Part shown: positions 53,445-64,000 of the stretch, piece after piece | Position numbering within the stretch: position 1 is the first letter of the stretch | Layout: each line of letters opens with the position of its first letter | DNA from: a bacterium | GTDB lineage: Bacteria; Patescibacteriota; Minisyncoccia; UBA6257; GWB1-50-10 | DNA length: 64,000 nucleotides | Assembly: GCA_021801565.1 (NCBI GenBank) | Contig: JAJYXV010000015.1 | Coordinates: 155,198 to 219,197 of the forward strand | Reading direction: 5' to 3' | Notes under the pieces: model-generated | Told to the model about the DNA's origin: nothing | The model's input: only the letters and a program-made list of their open reading frames with translations | Databases searched by the model: none | Position numbers and translations under genes: made by a program

Positions 53445-54713
53445 ATGGATAACGCAATTGTGCATATCGCAAAAATACTAAGATGCGACCAGGATTATCT
53501 CTATAAAATTGATAAGCATTTTTCCCAAGTGACGGGGAAAAAACACATATTTGACATCATTTTCAATGAAAACGAGTCTGTGGTTGAGGATAGAATGCGC
53601 CGACTTGGTCTTTCGATGCACGCAAGTGCGAAAAACGTGTATGATGCACTTATATCAAAAGTTGAGTCAGATGATCATGCGCTTTATGAGGCACTCGGAA
53701 GACCTTCTTGGGTTTCACAAAAGGGGTGCGAACTGATAGTGAATGTCGCAAAACAAACGGTAAAAAATTCAGGCGCACCAACACGCGGATTTTTTCTTAA
53801 AAAAAAGAAAGCAGAAGAGTTTTTAAGACGTGAACCGCCACGAAAGATACTCGCATATTTGGGATATGCCTCTGTTGAAAAAATGCTTGAGAAAGAAGAT
53901 TTATTTGAAATATTTTGTGCGCTTCGATTTGTAGAAGGAAGCGAGTGGCTCAACAAAAAGTTTTTTAATTTATACACCGAGTTAACGCCGAAAGATTTTG
54001 AAGAGCGTGAGATTGAAGTGAGAGCGCTTTCACAAAAATGGAATAATGTGGCACAGGTATTTGTGATGAAAAAATGGCATAATATTAGTCATTTGAAGGA
54101 ACTGGGAGTGGTGTTTGTAATTCCAATTTCATTAGAAATCCCAGGGGAGTTGTTGCGTATGATGAGTTTGGTGCTTCACTATTTGCATGAGGTACCATTT
54201 TACTCTGATATGTTCCGGATGATAAGCGGGGATATAAAAACATTCTCAAAAAATCTCATTTCTCTTCTTCGCGGCGATGTAGCTGAAGAACATTTTTTTG
54301 AGGGAGAAAAAACGCTTTGGCTTGTTGTGCAACGTTATTTAGCAAAAGATGATGAAAATGAATGGCGGCTATTTGTTCCGCGTATAAATCCAGAAGCACT
54401 TCATTGGGCGCGCGCGTCCTCGGATCTTGCTCGAATTGGCAAGGTAGCACAACTTGAAGGAAGCGGGCTTTCCTTTTGGGATGGTCTTGATTGGGTAGGT
54501 GATTATTTCAAAGATGATGTGGGAGATGATGTACTTGTAAGTTTTAATGTGGTGGATACCGTGATGTCACTTGTTAAAAAAAAGGAATTTATAAAATATC
54601 TCTATCATCACCAAGAGGCCTTGTGGAATAAAATTTTTGAAAAATATTTCAGCGAGAGATTACTTGAAAAAGCAATGAAAAAACATCTTTTGAGAGGGTA
54701 TTTTGAGATTTAA
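53445..54713 (+). CDS. hypothetical protein
   Basis: ORF only. Confidence 0.35.
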   Translation: MDNAIVHIAKILRCDQDYLYKIDKHFSQVTGKKHIFDIIFNENESVVEDRMRRLGLSMHASAKNVYDALISKVESDDHALYEALGRPSWVSQKGCELIVNVAKQTVKNSGAPTRGFFLKKKKAEEFLRREPPRKILAYLGYASVEKMLEKEDLFEIFCALRFVEGSEWLNKKFFNLYTELTPKDFEEREIEVRALSQKWNNVAQVFVMKKWHNISHLKELGVVFVIPISLEIPGELLRMMSLVLHYLHEVPFYSDMFRMISGDIKTFSKNLISLLRGDVAEEHFFEGEKTLWLVVQRYLAKDDENEWRLFVPRINPEALHWARASSDLARIGKVAQLEGSGLSFWDGLDWVGDYFKDDVGDDVLVSFNVVDTVMSLVKKKEFIKYLYHHQEALWNKIFEKYFSERLLEKAMKKHLLRGYFEI

Positions 54714-54722
54714 CTTTTTACT

Positions 54723-55112
54723 ATGGGATTTTTATTTGTGTTGATTTCGGGGATGATTATTGGGTGGGCATTAGAATTTTTTTATAAACTTTTTGACCAA
54801 GGAAAAATTATTTTCCCGAAATTTATAAACGTGCAGATGTATATATATACCTCTCTCTTTTCGTATCTACTTTTTTCTTATGATTTTTCAGTGATTTTTG
54901 TTATTTTCTCCCTTTTTGTATTTACCTCAGGAATTGAATTTATTATTGGGTATTTATGTCTCAAAATTAGGGGATATATTCCGTGGGATTATTTAAAATA
55001 TAGGCTCAACTATAGGGGAATTATTTGTCTCAAATTTTCTTTTTATTGGCTTATTATTGCTTTCATATATTATTATCTCATTTTGCCAAGCATTGTTTCT
55101 TTGTCATTTTAG
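54723..55112 (+). CDS. hypothetical membrane protein
   Basis: Four TM helices. Confidence 0.3.
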   Translation: MGFLFVLISGMIIGWALEFFYKLFDQGKIIFPKFINVQMYIYTSLFSYLLFSYDFSVIFVIFSLFVFTSGIEFIIGYLCLKIRGYIPWDYLKYRLNYRGIICLKFSFYWLIIAFIYYYLILPSIVSLSF

Positions 55113-55148
55113 GTCGCTATTCAAAATTTTAAGAGTTATACTAAACGT

Positions 55149-56048
55149 ATGAAGTTGCTAAAAGAATTAATTCGGGAGGCAGAGGAGAAAAAAATTGCGA
55201 TTGGGCATTTTAATATTGGAAACCTTGAACAATTGAAAGCAATTGCACACGTTGGCGGGAGGTTGCATGTTCCGATAATCATTGGCGTATCGGAAGGGGA
55301 GCGTGCATATCTTGGTGTCCATCACGTGGTTGATTTTGTAAAAAGTTATAACAAAGAACATGCGGTGGAAGGAGGGTTTTGTTTATTTTTAAATGCCGAC
55401 CACACACATTCAGTAGAAAAAATAAAAGAAGCGGTTGAGGCAGGATTTGATGCAGTGCTTTTTGATGGGGGAAAATACTCTCTCGAAGAAAATATACAAA
55501 AAACCAAAGAAGCGGTCGATGTTGCGAAATCAATGAATCCGAATGTAATTGTTGAGGGCGAACTTGGGTATATTGGTTCTTCATCGGAGATTCTTTCCGG
55601 AGTTCCCACTGGTGCCGCTATTCGTTCTGAGGATCTTACAAAATCAGAAGATGCTCTAAGATTCGTAAAAGAAACGGGTGTAGATTTATTGGCACCTGCA
55701 GTAGGAAACATACACGGAATGCTTGCCCGACCAAGCGAGAGCGGGGGCGGGTTTGAAAATCCGCGTATTGATATTCAAAGGATAAAAGAAATTCGTGAGA
55801 TTACTGGGGTGCCATTGGTGCTTCATGGAGGATCGGGGATAGTGGACGAAGATTTTATAGCAGCGATTAATGCGGGAATTTCGATTATTCATATTTCGAC
55901 TGAACTTCGTTATATTTGGAGAAAAAAACTTGAAGAAGCGCTCCGCGAGAATCCATTAGAGATTGCACCATATAAAGTGATGCCAGAAGTGATTAAAGCA
56001 ATTGAGGAAGTGGTAGAAAAGAGGGTAAAACTTTTTTCAAAAATTTAG
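55149..56048 (+). CDS. fba: class II fructose/tagatose-bisphosphate aldolase
   Basis: FLNADHTHS, LVLHGGSGI, HFNIGNLEQLKA (class II FBA family). Confidence 0.7.
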   Translation: MKLLKELIREAEEKKIAIGHFNIGNLEQLKAIAHVGGRLHVPIIIGVSEGERAYLGVHHVVDFVKSYNKEHAVEGGFCLFLNADHTHSVEKIKEAVEAGFDAVLFDGGKYSLEENIQKTKEAVDVAKSMNPNVIVEGELGYIGSSSEILSGVPTGAAIRSEDLTKSEDALRFVKETGVDLLAPAVGNIHGMLARPSESGGGFENPRIDIQRIKEIREITGVPLVLHGGSGIVDEDFIAAINAGISIIHISTELRYIWRKKLEEALRENPLEIAPYKVMPEVIKAIEEVVEKRVKLFSKI

Positions 56049-56066
56049 CATATTAGCTTTTTCTTT

Positions 56067-56168
56067 ACCCCGTTAGAAATAGTAGAATGTTTCACGACTT
56101 GCTGTGGGGATGAATGCCAGTGATTTTTATGAATATAAAGTTTAATTAGTGTGGATTTCTGACGGGGT
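56067..56168. repeat. family-2 TIR element (ACCCCGTTAGAAAT ... ATTTCTGACGGGGT)
   Basis: 14-bp TIRs with 1 mismatch. Confidence 0.55.
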
Positions 56169-56257
56169 TTACATCTATCTCATTTGGGGGTATACCATTA
56201 ATACCAAGAAACACTTGGTGTTAATGGTATTTTAATAACATCATAAGGAGGTTTGTC

Positions 56258-57085
56258 ATGACGAGCACGAAACAACTTGTCGAAGACGAGCAGAAAAAAA
56301 ACAAAGAGCTTTGGGGGAAGCTTAAAATATCACAATCTCACATTGATTTTAGAAATAAGATTGATGATTTTGTAAGGCGGATAAAAGAGAAATTCCATTC
56401 AAATGGAGAAAAAACAAAAGTTTCACTTGGAATCTTTAGGTCGCTACAACTTTTGATAGAAGAGAAAGATCTTTTCGCCGCATATCATATTTTTTCTCGA
56501 TCTATTGCCGGATTATTGAGAGAGCAGGCAGAACGGGAAATCGGATATAAATTTCATCGTTTTCGAGGTATGGATGATTATGTCTATGACTATTCACGGT
56601 CTCGCGGATTTTTTGAAACATACCCGATTTTTATTTCCCAAGATTTTACTGACCACAATTTCCAATATTTTGAACCGGTGTATATTGACAAGGTTATACC
56701 CTTCACAACGAGAATGTCCCTTGTTGGTATGGAGTGTGAAGAGGATGCGCTTCATTTTTTTCTCAGTAATAATGTACTACCAAATCAATATGTTGTGTTT
56801 GTGTGTGTGGATCCATTTTGGTTGACGCATAGCAGAACTCTTGAGGGAATTCGAGAAAGATTGGAGGACGAGCGATTTATGTATGTGGACGAAATTCCAC
56901 AGTTCTATGTAAAATTTAAAGAGAAACTCCGCTCGGATTGCCAGTATGTTTTTGCTGGGGTCCTTTCCCCAACATCTAGATTTCCTGTTCTTATTATTGA
57001 AGACGGAAAACCGAAAGTAGTTAATGGAATAGTACCTGAATTAGAAACAATTTTTCCTGTTGCAGGAAAAACACAGATGAAATAA
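56258..57085 (+). CDS. hypothetical protein (strong SD AAGGAGG upstream)
   Basis: ORF; GGAGG lies 7 nt upstream of the ATG. Confidence 0.4.
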   Translation: MTSTKQLVEDEQKKNKELWGKLKISQSHIDFRNKIDDFVRRIKEKFHSNGEKTKVSLGIFRSLQLLIEEKDLFAAYHIFSRSIAGLLREQAEREIGYKFHRFRGMDDYVYDYSRSRGFFETYPIFISQDFTDHNFQYFEPVYIDKVIPFTTRMSLVGMECEEDALHFFLSNNVLPNQYVVFVCVDPFWLTHSRTLEGIRERLEDERFMYVDEIPQFYVKFKEKLRSDCQYVFAGVLSPTSRFPVLIIEDGKPKVVNGIVPELETIFPVAGKTQMK

Positions 57086-57091
57086 TTTAAA

Positions 57092-57116
57092 TCCCCGTAC
57101 ATACGGGGATTTTGTT
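57092..57116 (+). terminator. intrinsic terminator AATCCCCGTACATACGGGGATTTT
   Basis: Stem plus T-run. Confidence 0.7.
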
Positions 57117-57141
57117 TTAACTTGTCGTATAATCATTTTTC

Positions 57142-57897
57142 GTGTTTAATGAGTTGGTTATGGAAGAAGTAAAGATAAATAAAATCATTTTAGAAGTGCG
57201 TGCGGGAACCGGTGGCGACGAAGCGTCTCTTTTCGCCGGTGATTTAGCGCGTATGTATCAACGGTATGCAGGAAAACGCGGATGGGGATTTTCAGTGCTT
57301 GATGCGAGCGAGAGTGGGGCGAAAGGATATAAAACACTTGTTGCTGAAGTAAAAGGAGAGGGAGTATATGATGCTCTAAAACAGGAATCTGGAGTTCATC
57401 GTGTGCAACGCGTGCCGGTGACTGAACGACAAGGGAGAATACACACTTCGACTGCGTCGGTGGCGGTATTGCCGATTGTTGAGGCAAAAATGGTAGAAGT
57501 GAAAGATAACGATCTTGAGGTGACATTTTCGCGCGGCGGTGGTCCTGGAGGACAAAATGTAAATAAGGTTGAGACGGCGGTGCGTATTTTGCATAAACCT
57601 ACAGGATTGGTGGTTTCTTCTCGCGAGGAGCGAAGTCAACATGCAAATCGTGAAAAAGCAATGGAAGTACTTCGTGCAAAACTTTTTGAAATACAAAAGG
57701 AACAATCAGTGGGATCGGTGGACCAAATTCGCCGCGATCAGATTGGTTCCGCAGACCGTTCAGAAAAAATACGCACTTATAATTTTCCCGAAGATCGGAT
57801 TACCGATCATCGTATTGGGAAAAAGTTTTCAAATATTGAAAAAGTATTGGAAGGAAGTATGGAGAAAATTGTGGAGGCATTTCAGGAAAATAAATAG
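57142..57897 (+). CDS. prfA: peptide chain release factor 1-like, lacking N-terminal domain 1
   Basis: Aligns to E. coli RF1 from about residue 100: [11 protein letters not shown]..., PVT tripeptide (RF1 PxT), GGQ motif [11 protein letters not shown]. Confidence 0.7.
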   Translation: MFNELVMEEVKINKIILEVRAGTGGDEASLFAGDLARMYQRYAGKRGWGFSVLDASESGAKGYKTLVAEVKGEGVYDALKQESGVHRVQRVPVTERQGRIHTSTASVAVLPIVEAKMVEVKDNDLEVTFSRGGGPGGQNVNKVETAVRILHKPTGLVVSSREERSQHANREKAMEVLRAKLFEIQKEQSVGSVDQIRRDQIGSADRSEKIRTYNFPEDRITDHRIGKKFSNIEKVLEGSMEKIVEAFQENK

Positions 57898-57926
57898 AAT
57901 AAACCCCACAACTCGTGGGGTTTATT
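57896..57926. terminator. bidirectional terminator GAATAAACCCCACAACTCGTGGGGTTTATTC
   Basis: Sits between convergent genes. Confidence 0.7.
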
Positions 57927-59423
57927 CTATTTATTTAACACTGCAATATCATCTTCATATGCATTCGCTTGTTGCACTACTGGGTCTCCATACCAGAACC
58001 GATAAGTGTACCAATTTCCTCCCGCATAATATTTTGCCGCCGCACACCTCTCGGTGAGTGTTTGATAAGAAACAGTACTCTGATTTGCTTTTGCATAGTC
58101 GATACAACTTGATGACGAAAGAAGGTCTTTTATATAGACCGCAGTGGCGGCGAATGCATCAGAGTTATTCCATGGATTTGGGGGATTGTTTCCAGTGACC
58201 CCAGAAATCTTACTTTCATATAGTTTCCACGTTGAGGGAATAAATTGTGCGGGTCCCATTGCTCCTCCATATGTGCCATGTTGATTTGCACACGAAACTT
58301 TTGCAAATTCAGATGTTGGGTCAACATTGAGGCGTTTTAACAGATCAAGGAAGTAAGGAATGTCTCGGATTGGATTCATTGCTGTTTTATATGAACATTT
58401 TCCCACATTTTTCCCGAGTAGCGATTCTCTATTTAATATTGCGAGAATAAGAGCCGAGCGGACCCCCGTTGCGCCTTCGGCAAGTTTTGCATAGTTATAT
58501 GCCTTCTCAAATGTAAGCTGACCGCCACCCAACAGCTCGAAGATCCTACTTCTTATTTGTGCAGCGGTTTCTTTTGTTTTCACCAATATTTTTTGATATT
58601 CTGTTTCTTTTCCTTTTGTATCTTTCAATAATTTATTTTTTTCACCCTGTGTTAATTGAATTGTTTTTTTCTGTGCTTGTTGAATCGCCTTCAAATTTTC
58701 TACATCCTCCTTTTGAAGTGTGAGCTCTTCTTTTTGATTTAACAGTTCTTGCCTTAGTTTTGTTACTTGTTCGAGTTCAAGGCGGAGATTATTTTGCACG
58801 AGTGTCATGTTATTCAAACTACCAAAAAAATCAGAAAGTGTGTTGTTCGCGAGAAGAATTGTCATCATATTCTGACTGTCGCTTTGATAAATTGCACGAA
58901 GTGCTTCTGCAAGCGCTTCCTTATGTGTATCTATTTTATCCTCAGTGGTACCAATTTGTTTTTGTGTTTCAATAATATCTTGATTTATCTTTGAGAGGTT
59001 CACGTTTATCGCCCGTATTTGAAGATTTAATTTATCAACTTTTGCATTTAAAGTTGCTATTTCATTTTTTAGTGTGTTTCCCTTTTTCTTGTATTCATCG
59101 ATTGTTTTCTGCGTATCCTCAATCTGTTGTTCATATTCTGCAAGCTGACGCTCAAGTTCTGCGCGTTGTGTCTGTAGATCATCAATCTTTTTTTCACCTT
59201 CCGTTTTTGCTGTTTGCGTATCTGTTTTCTGTTGTTGTTCCTGCGCAGAAACAAAGAGAAAACGCTGAGGGGCTTGCACGGAGCCAAAAAAAAGAAACAC
59301 CACCACTCCGATGGGGAAAAGTGTTTTTAAAATTTTTACAATAGGGATATATACCATTGTTTTGTATCCCACATGTATGCGCTGTTCTCTGTTTGTTACA
59401 ATATCAAAAACCCTCTTTTGCAT
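57927..59423 (-). CDS. coiled-coil protein with C-terminal lytic transglycosylase-like domain
   Basis: N-terminal TM, about 250 aa of Q/E/K-rich heptad coiled coil, then GPAQFIPSTW (MltB/SLT-type motif). Confidence 0.5.
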   Translation of the reverse strand: MQKRVFDIVTNREQRIHVGYKTMVYIPIVKILKTLFPIGVVVFLFFGSVQAPQRFLFVSAQEQQQKTDTQTAKTEGEKKIDDLQTQRAELERQLAEYEQQIEDTQKTIDEYKKKGNTLKNEIATLNAKVDKLNLQIRAINVNLSKINQDIIETQKQIGTTEDKIDTHKEALAEALRAIYQSDSQNMMTILLANNTLSDFFGSLNNMTLVQNNLRLELEQVTKLRQELLNQKEELTLQKEDVENLKAIQQAQKKTIQLTQGEKNKLLKDTKGKETEYQKILVKTKETAAQIRSRIFELLGGGQLTFEKAYNYAKLAEGATGVRSALILAILNRESLLGKNVGKCSYKTAMNPIRDIPYFLDLLKRLNVDPTSEFAKVSCANQHGTYGGAMGPAQFIPSTWKLYESKISGVTGNNPPNPWNNSDAFAATAVYIKDLLSSSSCIDYAKANQSTVSYQTLTERCAAAKYYAGGNWYTYRFWYGDPVVQQANAYEDDIAVLNK

Positions 59424-59504
59424 AAGAATATATTATTAGTATAGCGGATTTTTTTGTTATTAAAAATCCCCCAATGTATATTGGGGGATTTTCTTTGCTC
59501 TCGT

Positions 59505-60134
59505 TTATTCTTTTTTCTCTTCTGTTACCTCTTCTATTTTTGAAGCTTCTTCAGGAGGTGTTTCTGGTGCTGGTGCCACTTCTTCTTTTGCTTTTTCAGT
59601 TACCGTCGCAATAATTGTTTCTTTGTGTGTCAAAATTTTCACCTCTTTTTCTACTTTTAAGTCTTCAACACTTATACTTTGTCCAGAGGTGATAAGTGTG
59701 GAAACATCAACAATAAACGAATGTGGAATCTTATCAGGAAGTGCCTCTACCTCGATTTCATCGAGTACTTTTACGAGGAGATTTCCCGCCTTTGTCGCTG
59801 CATCTTCTCCTACATATTCAATAGGTACTCTTGTTTTAATTTTTTCATCTTTTCTCACGTGATAAAAATCAATGGAGAGAATAATATTATTTATTAAATC
59901 ACGTTCAACATGTGAAATGAGTACTGGTATTTTCTTTTCGGATGCATTTGTAAGTGTAATAATGGTATTTTCTCCAGCTTCTTTGTATGTCTTTTCGAAG
60001 TCTTTCGCCGATACACTTACATGCTCATTTTTAAATCCATGTCCGAAAATTTCTCCAGGAATAAGTCCGGTGGCTCTCAATTGTTTTGTTTTTTTTCCAA
60101 AAATTGTTCTATCTTGGATTTTAAGTTCTATCAT
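59505..60134 (-). CDS. rplY: 50S ribosomal protein L25 / general stress protein Ctc
   Basis: MIELKIQDRTIFGKKTKQLRATGLIPGEIFGHG. Confidence 0.8.
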   Translation of the reverse strand: MIELKIQDRTIFGKKTKQLRATGLIPGEIFGHGFKNEHVSVSAKDFEKTYKEAGENTIITLTNASEKKIPVLISHVERDLINNIILSIDFYHVRKDEKIKTRVPIEYVGEDAATKAGNLLVKVLDEIEVEALPDKIPHSFIVDVSTLITSGQSISVEDLKVEKEVKILTHKETIIATVTEKAKEEVAPAPETPPEEASKIEEVTEEKKE

Positions 60135-60155
60135 ATTAAAGTTTAAGTAAAGTTT

Positions 60156-60434
60156 TTATTTCCCCCTTTTCTCTTTTTTTGTCACCGGTTTTTCTATTAC
60201 CTTCTTTTTTATTTTTCTCTCTTTTTTCGGTTGTATCTTTGACTGGCGCGCTTTAAACCTCTCAACGCGTCCAGCGGTGTCGATGAGTTGTTGTGAACCG
60301 GTATAGAACGGATGGCAGTGGCTGCAAATATCTACTTTTAAATCTTCTTTCGTATCTCCAAAAGAAAATGTGTGTCCGCATCCACAGGTAATTTTTGCCT
60401 TTGGGAAATATTTTGGATGTATGTCTTTTTTCAT
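60156..60434 (-). CDS. rpmE: 50S ribosomal protein L31 with K-rich C-terminal extension
   Basis: MKKDIHPKY...CGCGHTF...[12 protein letters not shown]. Confidence 0.85.
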   Translation of the reverse strand: MKKDIHPKYFPKAKITCGCGHTFSFGDTKEDLKVDICSHCHPFYTGSQQLIDTAGRVERFKARQSKIQPKKERKIKKKVIEKPVTKKEKRGK

Positions 60435-60688
60435 GTCTCTATATTTATGCAGGGCTCATTATTACACGTCTTTTTCAAAATAGCAATATTAGCAACTTGT
60501 TTTATTTTTATGGATTATGATATTCTAAGTGTAGCTCCAAAACTGATTCCAGGTTGGTCAGCAACAAGAGAGTGGAATGAGAGTGCCGCACAAGGATAGT
60601 GCACAACCTTTTTTATAGGCAGCAGAGGAGTCTTTAGATTTAATAGTCGCTTCACAGATCAACGGGGCGACTTTTTTTGTGGAGTTGA

Positions 60689-60730
60689 CCCCGTGAGTAG
60701 AAACTCGATAAGCCACTTCGTGGCTGTATT
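60689..60730. repeat. partial family-1 MITE left end (CCGTGAGTAGAAACTCGATAAGCCACTTCGTGGCTG)
   Basis: Matches the left TIR plus internal GCCAC-TTCG-GTGGC hairpin of the full copy at 60841. Confidence 0.4.
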
Positions 60731-60840
60731 TATAGGCATTTCATTCTTTGTGCATTGTATATAATTAGATAAAATTCAGAAAATCCATCTTTTTACAATT
60801 GAGTTTTCCTGCCTACCGCAGGCAGGCACTACGGGGTTGA

Positions 60841-60969
60841 CCCCGTGAGTGAAAGTTCAATATGCCACTTCGTGGCAATGAAATTTTTCAAAGTTACGCG
60901 TTTTGATTGTAATCTAGGGGCACTATTTAATGGTATTTTGTAACGATACAATTGAACTTCTACTACGGG
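60841..60969. repeat. MITE-like element, family 1 (TIR CCCCGTGAGTGAAAGTTCAAT / ATTGAACTTCTACTACGGGG)
   Basis: TIRs carry a compensatory AAGTTCAAT/ATTGAACTT change relative to other copies. Internal UUCG-tetraloop hairpin. Confidence 0.6.
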
Positions 60970-60970
60970 G

Positions 60971-61000
60971 TTGACATATACAATGTTATTTCTCTATACT
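60971..61000 (+). promoter_or_regulatory. candidate rRNA promoter (TTGACA-18 nt-TATACT)
   Basis: About 265 nt upstream of the 16S 5' end. The -35 overlaps the MITE flank. Confidence 0.45.
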
Positions 61001-61263
61001 GTTACTTGCCGTAAAAAACGGCACTATATTCGGGATATCGAATGTATATTGAAAAATGAATAGCATATATATCCAAATATATTGCAAGCATAATAGCATA
61101 CTAAATAATAAACATTTTTAGTTGCCCTAATTTTCATTTCTTTAGAGGATTTGATTGTAGTGCAGGAATGAACCCTGCCTGCCGGCAGGCAGGGCTGGCG
61201 ATACCCGCCAGCTCTCTCTACCTTTGCAGCAGATTCATTTTTGCTTTCAAATTTTTCTTTTAT

Positions 61264-62836
<1,573 letters not shown>

Positions 62837-63038
62837 ATTAAATTACGTCGATTGCAAGTCGTAAAAAGTGAGACGCTGAAACGTTGGCGAATCGCTGTTT
62901 ACGATTTGTGATACTTTTTTACAAATCAAGAAGGTCTGAGTCGAACCTTCTCCTCGAACTTCGAGGAATATAATTCGGCCGCGAAAATTAGGACAACTAA
63001 AAATGTTTGTTATAAATTCTATGTTTTTAAAATAGAAT

Positions 63039-63073
63039 AAAAACCCATGTGTCGGCTTGCACATGGGTTTTTT
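63039..63073 (+). terminator. intrinsic terminator downstream of 16S (AAAAACCCATGTGTCGGCTTGCACATGGGTTTTTT)
   Basis: No tRNA or 23S follows, so this 16S appears unlinked from 23S. Confidence 0.7.
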
Positions 63074-63117
63074 GTCATTTTTTAATACCAGAGTATAATT
63101 AAATAGAGAAAAGGAAA

Positions 63118-63516
63118 ATGGAAACACAAACATCAACATCAATAAAAAATATTCTTCTCATTGAAGATGAACCCCTTTTGGGGACACTCTTAAAGCAGCG
63201 TCTCGAGCGGGAGGGGTTTAAGGTATTACTCGCACGCGATGGAAGTGAGGGATTGGAACTTTTAAAGAATAGTCAACTTGATTTGGTATTACTTGATATT
63301 ATCCTCCCAAAAATATCTGGATTTGAACTTTTGGAAAAAGTACAGGCTGATCCGTTATTACAAAAAGTGCCGATTGTCATTATCTCAAATCTTGGACAAG
63401 AAACTGATTTAGAAAAAGGACAAACACTTGGTGCTGTTGGATATTTTGTAAAAGCACGCATTTCAATGGAAGAACTCGTTGAACGCGTGAAAGAATTTTT
63501 GCTTTCTAGTCAATAA
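63118..63516 (+). CDS. response regulator receiver-domain protein (CheY-like, stand-alone)
   Basis: LLIEDEPLL...DLVLLDIILPKISGFELL...K phospho-acceptor pattern. Confidence 0.75.
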   Translation: METQTSTSIKNILLIEDEPLLGTLLKQRLEREGFKVLLARDGSEGLELLKNSQLDLVLLDIILPKISGFELLEKVQADPLLQKVPIVIISNLGQETDLEKGQTLGAVGYFVKARISMEELVERVKEFLLSSQ

Positions 63517-63576
63517 ATACCTGAAATAGTGTATAATATTATTATCGAAAGGTCGGTATTTCTTGTAGATAATGTA

Positions 63577-64000
63577 ATGGAAACAAAAACAAAAAAAGGT
63601 TTTACCTTAATTGAGCTCCTTGTCGTCATTGCTATTTTGGCAGTACTTGCAACAGCAGTCGTTATTATCTTGAATCCTGCACAACTCGTGAAACAGGGGA
63701 GAGATTCAACACGAATTTCTGATCTCGCGGCAGTGCATAGTGCAATTGCACTCTACCTTTCTGAAGTCCCAGGACTTACTTCATGGACTCCCTATACATA
63801 CTGCACAAATGAAACTGCTGGATCAAAACCAACAGGGTTTGATCCGTGCACCTATTCGAGTTCAACTGCGGTCAATGGAACAGGATGGGTACCAGTGAAT
63901 TTTGGTGCAATTTCATCTGGATCTCCACTTTCTCGTCTCCCAATGGATCCCGTAAATGATGCAACATATTTTTATGCGTTTAAGAGTTCTTCGACACTTC
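63577..64000 (+). CDS. type IV pilin / pseudopilin (partial, runs off the window)
   Basis: Prepilin N-terminus KGFTLIELLVVIAILAVLA with Glu at +5. Confidence 0.7.
   Translation, partial: METKTKKGFTLIELLVVIAILAVLATAVVIILNPAQLVKQGRDSTRISDLAAVHSAIALYLSEVPGLTSWTPYTYCTNETAGSKPTGFDPCTYSSSTAVNGTGWVPVNFGAISSGSPLSRLPMDPVNDATYFYAFKSSSTL

Overview
This 64-kb window is low-GC and gene-dense, and almost everything is on the + strand. It has the look of a reduced-genome bacterium, plausibly CPR/Patescibacteria-like; that is an inference from gene content, short intergenic spacers and a 16S with an expanded V1.

Housekeeping content: nadK, a Kef-type antiporter, a SIMPL protein, rplU, PilX/PilM-N pilus assembly genes, pth, lepB, hisS, a HIT protein, rpsU, a YqeY protein, ybeY, ftsA-ftsZ, tRNA-Thr x2, rpmG (missed by the ORF track), tRNA-Trp, ddl, secDF, efp, mnmA, comEC, rmuC, secA, a NUDIX hydrolase, MazG, mltG, a PfkB kinase, a class II aldolase, an N-terminally truncated RF1, rplY, rpmE, and a 16S rRNA that stands alone with its own terminator. 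A response regulator and a partial type IV pilin close the window.

The most unusual region is about 21.1-39.3 kb. Two paralogous soluble TraG/VirD4-like (DUF87 + TraG-D_C) ATPases are interleaved with four large paralogous Cys-rich multi-zinc-ribbon proteins of a family I cannot name. Membrane partners and a split comEC sit alongside.

Other signals:
- three families of short TIR-bounded MITE-like repeats;
- a tRNA-Ala locus with two decayed tRNA-like copies bracketing a GIY-YIG nuclease ORF;
- a small RNA candidate with canonical promoter and terminator;
- a 47-nt conserved element present twice just after terminators;
- AGTAA-rich repeats inserted in-frame in mnmA;
- a 16S 3' end that lacks the anti-Shine-Dalgarno sequence.
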